From a virus (taxonomy: Duplodnaviria; Caudoviricetes), in IMG/VR virus record IMGVR_UViG_3300027749_000080, positions 1 through 64,000 of that record: 64,000 bases of DNA; one strand, written 5' to 3'. The position numbers were made by a program, and so were the translations under genes. This document shows positions 59,001 to 64,000 of this stretch, in pieces. Below the pieces are notes generated by a model. It was not told the DNA's origin and did not search any database. It was given only the letters and a program-made list of their open reading frames with translations. Positions within the stretch are counted from its first letter, which is position 1, and each line of letters opens with the position of its first letter.

Positions 59001-59059
59001 TCACAAGAGCTGGAGGCCAATTAGCTTCTGCTTCTACTGGATTTACTCCTTCATTCTAA
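56030..59059 (+). CDS. gp18: tail sheath protein, gp18-like
   Basis: SSGVYTVEIDES, GSSKKGP, VPPA, AGKRG, DRDYL, SALNNIHVR, YLFEFND..TR; late promoters at 55936 and 55995. Confidence 0.92.
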   Translation: MAEKLNLNRYKSSGVYTVEIDESTNLSLPLSTGRLVIGSSKKGPINSVVLVNDLRTLSAVYGDIDSKLEKNGNYFHRTIEVALRNGPVYALNLLPIADSDVAYFTTFNTEAASNNSSWSASSYQSSIADFYNTQKLWFADVDAVNKYKNLALGDSFPATGTVDKDANKLLSLVNLSKKHVTSWARIADTTGYDIKVKEYYKLLGDKVEVPDFLHPDDYVSDYFVELAVVEGDWSDALRLSKDPIYQQYFNASGIILSKLNDFLSLKEVTVVNRTIGAIIPDFRDLAGSPAALDHLFNNKFSTSGVYCALDYKKIDMIDLLNNPVFDGGPGSPENVETQRLDLVGYGFDEIDAQVYSVDTGNPDLSIEPVKLIDVLSYKKTAGYKYYFNIPTTSPDNYDILPGAALSLGEMYTVNPTGSDNNYIIATIGSPLYNAWANGFIKTGDTLLTGSTRYLSTDGVIKTVMNGMVKVSYIEFYAYSDLTYTNQVDAAAITSGSNKYLHIVSSTSTEFNIDFDLTDTDIFMPGFNYFAPNQLVVTLTPTLYGNPAKKETPNGNAAYNADLRGDIDNFIKTGQYVKARVLTDGNGDPVIRERLLRIKTVYAKKVSVTYLGDPTSTLQYTITVDSPLDTNVTGIDLTDSILKVYKGIKNYVTDLTGFYVPAMSLDETGLYPNGTSTRQNKILDYMFENTNIASTIADNETLNFRYIIDSFEGQIAPASKQQLAQLAANHGKALAICNAPSFAQYEKSIDPSFIDFNTNLVSTEYISTGGNLSSNPEFTFGFASGDKNGIAIASYAAYFMPNLVIFDNGRSKSVPPAAYIANTYMKKYTGGNTFSIVAGKRGIITEPEVTGLEYDLTNDDRDYLEPVGFNMIVRRRGFGVMIFSNNTGYQRVKSALNNIHVREALVTIERDIERILLNYLFEFNDPTTRLRVKTLVKNYLEAVQDARGIATFDVIFDDSNNGSEVLENNAGVIDIIVDFPRGIQKFINRITITRAGGQLASASTGFTPSF

Positions 59060-59081
59060 TTAAGAAAAGTTTAATACAAAT

Positions 59082-59110
59082 AAAAAGGACCTCAATTGAG
59101 GTCCTTTTTT
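59082..59110. terminator. bidirectional terminator (perfect palindrome)
   Basis: AAAAAGGACCTC-AATT-GAGGTCCTTTTT. Confidence 0.9.
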
Positions 59111-59118
59111 GTTTAGGG

Positions 59119-59161
59119 CCGACAGGATATGTCAGATTCCACCACTTGGTTTAAGTCCAAG
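59119..59161 (-). ncRNA. candidate structured 3' element related to 18108-18180
   Basis: Minus strand CTTGG-ACTTAAA-CCAAG, TGGTGGAAT, CTGACA-TATCC-TGTCGG, then the terminator. Confidence 0.45.
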
Positions 59162-59164
59162 AAC

Positions 59165-59737
59165 TTAGTCTTCAATTTCCATAATACTTTCAAGAACTCG
59201 AATAGAGTCAGTTGAGTCATTATGCAAAATACCGGTTCCACCGGCATCAGTCCATTTATTTAGCTTAGTATCAAAATCGTCAATTAGGATATCAAATTCA
59301 TTTCGGGCATATTTCCATTTGTCTTGATCTAAAATAATTCTGGTTTTACTTGTAAAATCTTCAGGTTTAGTAACAGGCTCTTCATCAATGTGAAGGTGTA
59401 GTTTAATCCATTTTGTTTTACCAGCTAAACATTCAGGGCTTCTGCTTGGAGCAGATAGAATAATTGGATCATACTGTTTTAAATAGTCCCATAATTCTCT
59501 ACCATCTTGTGTCCAAGGTAAATCTGCCCAAAAATCTTCTCCTAATTTATCCAGGATTGGCCAAATCGAATTTTTACCATGAAGTTCTTCGTATGCATGC
59601 GGAGAAAGTTTTTCAGGATTTTCTGAAATTTCAGTAAAGCCACGATTAAAGTCTACTAGGACCCCGTCTAAATCACAGAAAATTGTGTATTTTCCGCCTC
59701 TTTTTTCAAAGACAAATTGTTTAAATTTTTTAAGCAT
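59165..59737 (-). CDS. HAD-family 5'(3')-deoxyribonucleotidase with N-terminal tag
   Basis: IFCDLDGVLVDF, FWADLPW, ILSAP, K..W, ILIDD; likely start MLKKFKQFVFE at 59737; ATAAATAA at 59770-59777. Confidence 0.82.
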   Translation of the reverse strand: MLKKFKQFVFEKRGGKYTIFCDLDGVLVDFNRGFTEISENPEKLSPHAYEELHGKNSIWPILDKLGEDFWADLPWTQDGRELWDYLKQYDPIILSAPSRSPECLAGKTKWIKLHLHIDEEPVTKPEDFTSKTRIILDQDKWKYARNEFDILIDDFDTKLNKWTDAGGTGILHNDSTDSIRVLESIMEIED

Positions 59738-60062
59738 TTTCTTTAAGTTCAAATTGTGTATCTTGATCTTTATTTATTATGGCTAAAAGATCGTTAGCTA
59801 TTACCAAATGATATCCGATACCATCCCAAGTTACATCAAGGCCTGAATATCTTTGATATAAAACTTTATCTCCAGCTTTAACTGGACATTTTGAATTATC
59901 TGGAACTGAGTGGCCAACTGCAATTACGGTTCCTGTATTTGGGCGCTTGCGTGCATCAACTGATAAAATAATACCAGTTTCGGTTTTTGTCTCTACTGTA
60001 TCTGGTAAAACCAGCAGTCTTTCAAATAGTGGCATAAAGCCTTTTGTTATATCAACACTCAT
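59730..60062 (-). CDS. groES: co-chaperonin GroES
   Basis: PLFERLLV, KTETGIIL, GTVIAVG, VKAGDKVLY..YSG, DLLAI. Confidence 0.9.
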   Translation of the reverse strand: MSVDITKGFMPLFERLLVLPDTVETKTETGIILSVDARKRPNTGTVIAVGHSVPDNSKCPVKAGDKVLYQRYSGLDVTWDGIGYHLVIANDLLAIINKDQDTQFELKENA

Positions 60063-61174
60063 TAGTATTTATAATTTTTTTTGAATTTGTAATAATTAAA
60101 TTTACGGCGAACTGTTAAATCCACACTTGCTTTTATTGCATCGAGTACGTCAGTTGGAAAAAGCTTTGTACTTAATCTTACTAATGTCTTATTACGATGG
60201 ATGTTATTCTGGATTGTCTGCCATTCACCAGGTTCCTTTATCTTTAGAGTATCACATGTTATTTCACGCATTACATCAAGGAACCCAGAATCACCTGAAT
60301 CGATTAGTTCTTTAACATCAGACCACTCATATGATTCTCTAACATGCTCTATTATTTTAGTTACTTTAGAGGCTGTCATTTTTGGATGAACTCTTGGGAT
60401 ATTATCAGAACTGTCTCCAGCTAAGCATTTTGTTAAAATATCCAGAGTTGGATCAATTGTTAAGTGCTGATAGTCTTTTTGGGTTAAGTCATTTATTATA
60501 TTAATAACCGCCGAGTTATCAATTGACTCAATATCAAAATCAAATAGATTAACTTCTGCCGGTTTTTCGTCTTTACCAAAATCTTCAGTTGTATAAATCT
60601 TTTTATATTTTGTCATCTGTTTTGGCATAATTAAAATAACTTTGCGCTTATTGCTTTCCAATAATTGAGTTAAATCTTTGTCAACTGACCAAATACAAAT
60701 ATCTTCTTTTAGATTTTCACAAATGTAGGCAATTAAATCGTCACCTTCTGCTCCAGGTACTCGATTGACTACAACTCCATATTCATCTGAGATTATATTG
60801 AGTACTTCATTTTGAAAGTATTCAAAGAACAGATAAATTTTATCATCGTATTTTCTTTGACCTTTATAACTAAAGTCTCCTTCTCCATGTGTTTCAAAAT
60901 GTTCCTTAATATATTTTTTTCTCCAACTCTTAGAGTCAAATACAAAAAATACAGATTGGATATTTTCTTTAAATGGAGCAAGGATACTACCAAAATAATT
61001 TGTTGAAAATGATTTAAACGAATCTTTACTACCCTGTTTAAGAATAAATTTATCATCGTTTAATAAATCAGCAACGTAATACTTTTCACCAATTCTTTTA
61101 TCGTTTGCAAGAATGTTTTTAACAATACTTACTGCCACGTTTAAAAAAGCATTTCCGTCTATGATTAGATTCAT
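60062..61174 (-). CDS. rnh: 5'-3' exonuclease / T4 RNase H (FEN-like)
   Basis: IIDGN, FDSKSWRK, YKGQR, EGDDLI, SVDKDL.QL, GDSSDNIP. Confidence 0.9.
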   Translation of the reverse strand: MNLIIDGNAFLNVAVSIVKNILANDKRIGEKYYVADLLNDDKFILKQGSKDSFKSFSTNYFGSILAPFKENIQSVFFVFDSKSWRKKYIKEHFETHGEGDFSYKGQRKYDDKIYLFFEYFQNEVLNIISDEYGVVVNRVPGAEGDDLIAYICENLKEDICIWSVDKDLTQLLESNKRKVILIMPKQMTKYKKIYTTEDFGKDEKPAEVNLFDFDIESIDNSAVINIINDLTQKDYQHLTIDPTLDILTKCLAGDSSDNIPRVHPKMTASKVTKIIEHVRESYEWSDVKELIDSGDSGFLDVMREITCDTLKIKEPGEWQTIQNNIHRNKTLVRLSTKLFPTDVLDAIKASVDLTVRRKFNYYKFKKNYKY

Positions 61175-61180
61175 TTTATT

Positions 61181-61459
61181 TTAATTAGTAGGTTGTTTAG
61201 GAACTTGCAGTTTCTTTATTGCTTTTACAATAAGTTCAGATTCTTCTAGTGTAAATATTCCTTTAGCTTGGCAATGATTTGCTGAGGCTACTAAAATAAG
61301 AACTGCGTGTTCTGGAGTTAAATTTACCAAAAAGTTTTCATAATCTTCAAGATTAGTATAACTAATTGAAGAAAGTAGTGTAGCGATTGGAGCGGCCTCA
61401 GGTTGATTTGCGTCAACCTGAGGAGCTTCAACTACTGGTGGTGTTTTTGATTTTGCCAT
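61181..61459 (-). CDS. hypothetical protein
   Basis: 92 aa; A.KGIFTLEESELI.KAI motif. Confidence 0.7.
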   Translation of the reverse strand: MAKSKTPPVVEAPQVDANQPEAAPIATLLSSISYTNLEDYENFLVNLTPEHAVLILVASANHCQAKGIFTLEESELIVKAIKKLQVPKQPTN

Positions 61460-61477
61460 TTTGTAGTTTAATTATTT

Positions 61478-62524
61478 TTATAAAGATGCAAATAAATCGT
61501 CTAAGTCATCTGCCTTTGGGGCAGCTGTTTTAGGTTTAACTTCAGGCGCTGGAGCAGAAATTTCAAAGTCATCATCTAAATTAATTGATGAGCTTACATT
61601 TTTTACTGCTGGCGCTGGAGTGAATTCAATATCTTCACCAAGTGGTGCTTGTGTTCTAGCAACCGGCGCAGATAATTTAAAGTGTTTCTTCATTCTTTCA
61701 TCTTTAGTGTTTGCAACTAAATTGTCAATGATTTGTTTGTAAGGAACAATTGCTTTAATATAGTCTGCAACTTTTTCGTATTCAACATCAGTCCATTCCT
61801 TTAAGAAATATTGACTCATATCTGGCGAATTCTTTTTAAAGTATTCGCTTACAAATTGCATAACCTTAGGCTCAGTAGAAACTGGAATTTCTTTACCTTG
61901 AGTTGAGATAATTAATGGGCTAACTTCATTCATGAATTTACTAGCACTAAAATCTCTCCATGCTTTAGTCTTACGCTTAATAACCAAAACAAAATCCTTA
62001 CCTGTAGTAAGTGAGAATGGATTAATTTTTTGAGTAGTAACTAATTCTTGTTCAGGATTAATTTCTTGTTGGATTAAGTTGTCAATTGTATATCCATAAG
62101 AATATATTTTGATTTTACCTTCCATTGTAGGAAATTGTGGATCCTTCTTGATGTAAACGCAAGAATAGTAATTGTAATAACGATTAAAATACTTTTGAAT
62201 CTCTTCAACAATTGAAGGCTCTTCATTTTTTAATCTCTTTAATTCAAGATCAAGCGTCCAAAGAATTGATGATGCTCCTGTCGTTGATGGACAATCTACA
62301 TACAACTTTTCGTTGGTTAAAGGGTTAGTTAATTTAGCTGCATATTTTTTGTAGCGGCTCTTAGTTGGATCGGTTACCCAAGGGATAAAACGAATAACTG
62401 ATTTGTAAATACCGTTTTGACCTTGGTCTGGACCGGGATTGTACACATTGTCGTCGACTTTGCGACCTGCTGCTGATGATTTACCTGAGAAATCATCGAG
62501 ATTAAGATTGAATAGATCTTCCAT
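61478..62524 (-). CDS. gp32: single-stranded DNA-binding protein gp32
   Basis: SVIRFIP, CPST, VYIKKDP..P..EGKIKI, NPF...GKDF.L, DFSASKF, acidic tail DDLDDLFASL. Confidence 0.88.
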   Translation of the reverse strand: MEDLFNLNLDDFSGKSSAAGRKVDDNVYNPGPDQGQNGIYKSVIRFIPWVTDPTKSRYKKYAAKLTNPLTNEKLYVDCPSTTGASSILWTLDLELKRLKNEEPSIVEEIQKYFNRYYNYYSCVYIKKDPQFPTMEGKIKIYSYGYTIDNLIQQEINPEQELVTTQKINPFSLTTGKDFVLVIKRKTKAWRDFSASKFMNEVSPLIISTQGKEIPVSTEPKVMQFVSEYFKKNSPDMSQYFLKEWTDVEYEKVADYIKAIVPYKQIIDNLVANTKDERMKKHFKLSAPVARTQAPLGEDIEFTPAPAVKNVSSSINLDDDFEISAPAPEVKPKTAAPKADDLDDLFASL

Positions 62525-62554
62525 ATTGTTTATAATGTTTAATAATTTAATAGA

Positions 62555-62581
62555 ATTGTACTAAATAAATGTGAAGAGTTT
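62555..62581 (-). promoter_or_regulatory. putative early/middle promoter AAAC-N17-TACAAT (representative copy)
   Basis: Same bipartite motif and spacing recur before at least 8 non-structural genes. Confidence 0.55.
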
Positions 62582-62583
62582 TG

Positions 62584-62616
62584 AAAAAAAAAGGACGAGT
62601 TGTAAAACCCGTCCTT
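62584..62616 (-). terminator. rho-independent terminator
   Basis: Minus strand AAGGACGGGTT-TTAC-AACTCGTCCTT plus T run. Confidence 0.85.
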
Positions 62617-62640
62617 AAATGTGAACTTTTAGTCTAAAAA

Positions 62641-62832
62641 TTAGGCTTTAGTATCAACTTTAGATTCCTGAACGTGAGTTCGGCCTTCTTGACAAAGTGC
62701 TTTAATGTCTTGAAGAACTTTACGAGTTCTAGTTCCAGCTGATTTATTTCCTTTTTCGTAGAATTTTCCAGCTTCTGCTTCTAATTGAGAAACTTGTTCC
62801 TTTAGCGATGTTAACCATGTAGGTGTTGTCAT
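62641..62832 (-). CDS. histone H1-like (Hc1 N-terminal family) small protein
   Basis: KF.EKGNKSAGTR.RK motif typical of Bacteroidota/Chlamydia Hc1-like proteins. Confidence 0.75.
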   Translation of the reverse strand: MTTPTWLTSLKEQVSQLEAEAGKFYEKGNKSAGTRTRKVLQDIKALCQEGRTHVQESKVDTKA

Positions 62833-62885
62833 AATTTCAAATATTTTTTTATCTTATATTTGAGAAATCCACCCGGTTTTAAATA

Positions 62886-63611
62886 TTAGTGATATTTGTT
62901 TAAAAATTTAGCTGCTGGGTATACTTTTTTAGCAAAAGTTATCCAAGTTGACATAACTTTATCAGCTTCAGGTTGAGAAATTAACTTGGTCTCAATAAAA
63001 GGTTTTAAGTATTCTTCAAATTCCTGATCAAGAGGTACTCTTTTCTTTTTAGCTGATGCATACATACCTGCAACCATTGCTGGAATTTCATCAGCTAATA
63101 AAAAGTAATGATAATCACTTTCAGCACGAGATCTTACTGATTTTGTGGTATTAATAATATGGCCAGTCTTTTTATTTATGCCTTTTTGTAAAAGGTGTTC
63201 AAGTTCATGTCGTATATTATCAATTAATTTATAATTTAATGCTGGATAACATTGAGGTTCCGCATCTGGACTAATATAAAGGACTACTTCAATTTCAGGC
63301 GACTCCGGCTCGTTTGCCTTTGGAATAAATGAATTTGCATCTATTGCAAACCCTTTATTTTCAAAATTAATTACTTCCCAAGGAAGTCCACTAAAATATT
63401 TAGATTTAGCCGGCTCAAATTCTTCAACTCTAACTAACTTAATTGATAGTGTAAATTCAAGTGGGGTATCATATTCAAATTCTTTGGATATTTCTTTACC
63501 TATCTTAACACCTGCAGTTTTCTTAATTACGCTAAATAGATCTTTAGCGAAAGTTGAAGCAAGTGAATCGTATTTTGATTCAAATATAAATTGTGAAAAC
63601 CTTTTTATCAT
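62886..63611 (-). CDS. tagged protein with HExxH zincin-like motif
   Basis: MIKRFSQFIFES; IRHELEHLLQ; downstream DEIPA. Confidence 0.7.
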   Translation of the reverse strand: MIKRFSQFIFESKYDSLASTFAKDLFSVIKKTAGVKIGKEISKEFEYDTPLEFTLSIKLVRVEEFEPAKSKYFSGLPWEVINFENKGFAIDANSFIPKANEPESPEIEVVLYISPDAEPQCYPALNYKLIDNIRHELEHLLQKGINKKTGHIINTTKSVRSRAESDYHYFLLADEIPAMVAGMYASAKKKRVPLDQEFEEYLKPFIETKLISQPEADKVMSTWITFAKKVYPAAKFLNKYH

Positions 63612-64000
63612 TTTTTAGGTTTAATAAAATTTACTTCTAATTGATTGGTCGAAGGAGATAGTTTAGCATCAAAATCTATATCAATATCACCCTTATCAAT
63701 ACCTAGTTTTTTAGCAGCCATTGCGGATTTTAATTTGTCATAGATTTCTTTATCTAAAAATCCTTTACCTCTAAGGGCATCAACAATTTCAACTTTCTTT
63801 GAGTCTAGTTGATTATCAGTTATCCACTTATCTAAATCAACTTGTTTAACTTGATATTCTTTATATCTTTTAACTCCGCCGCCTCCAGTATATTGAGAAT
63901 GCCATTTCTTATCAGCATCAATTAACACTAGATTAATATCGCCAGTTTGACCAGCGGTTGGAGCTGGTGCATTTGGGTCTGGCGGTAATTCAGCAGTTGC
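63608..64000 (-). CDS. 3' part of a hypothetical protein (truncated by window end)
   Basis: Frame open to 64000 (ATAELPPDPNAPAPTAGQTGDINLVLIDADKKW...). Confidence 0.7.
   Translation of the reverse strand, partial: ATAELPPDPNAPAPTAGQTGDINLVLIDADKKWHSQYTGGGGVKRYKEYQVKQVDLDKWITDNQLDSKKVEIVDALRGKGFLDKEIYDKLKSAMAAKKLGIDKGDIDIDFDAKLSPSTNQLEVNFIKPKK

Noticed and set aside
1387-61056. Short (60-100 aa) ORFs nested in or antisense to larger genes, e.g. 1387, 1542, 3003, 5430, 8218, 8728, 10594, 26976, 39574, 46890, 60793
   Set aside because: They overlap well-supported genes, have no motifs and lack promoter or leader signals
1-64000. Stop-codon reassignment as in some large Bacteroidota phages
   Set aside because: Conserved genes are full length and coding density is high under the standard code; no fragmentation at TAG or TGA

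Overview
AT-rich, gene-dense 64 kb segment of a large T4-like (myovirus) phage genome, read with the standard genetic code. The host is probably Bacteroidota: leaders are A-rich without Shine-Dalgarno sites, and there is an Hc1-like histone protein and a ClpC-type ATPase. It carries scrambled T4-core genes for the head (gp20 portal, gp21 protease fused to scaffold, gp23, gp13, gp4, gp2), tail/baseplate (gp18, gp19, gp25, gp53-, gp27- and gp5-like) and replication/recombination (gp41, gp61, gp32, UvsX/W/Y, gp46/47, RNase H). The family-B DNA polymerase is split into two genes about 38 kb apart. Accessory genes cover nucleotide metabolism (including a gp42-type dCMP-modifying enzyme), ADP-heptose/NDP-sugar enzymes and chaperones. 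Most striking is a putative capsid-cargo addressing system: about 18 unrelated late proteins carry an aromatic-x-x-aromatic-hydrophobic-x-E tag resembling the T4 capsid-targeting sequence, and the scaffold carries 11 tandem copies of the same motif and appears to have its own nested promoter and start inside the protease gene. Two promoter classes (ATAAATAA late; AAAC-N17-TAnAAk) and a twice-occurring covarying GG-ACTTA hairpin element are visible by eye. No tRNA, rRNA, CRISPR array or integrase was found. All homology calls come from motif recognition, not database searches.
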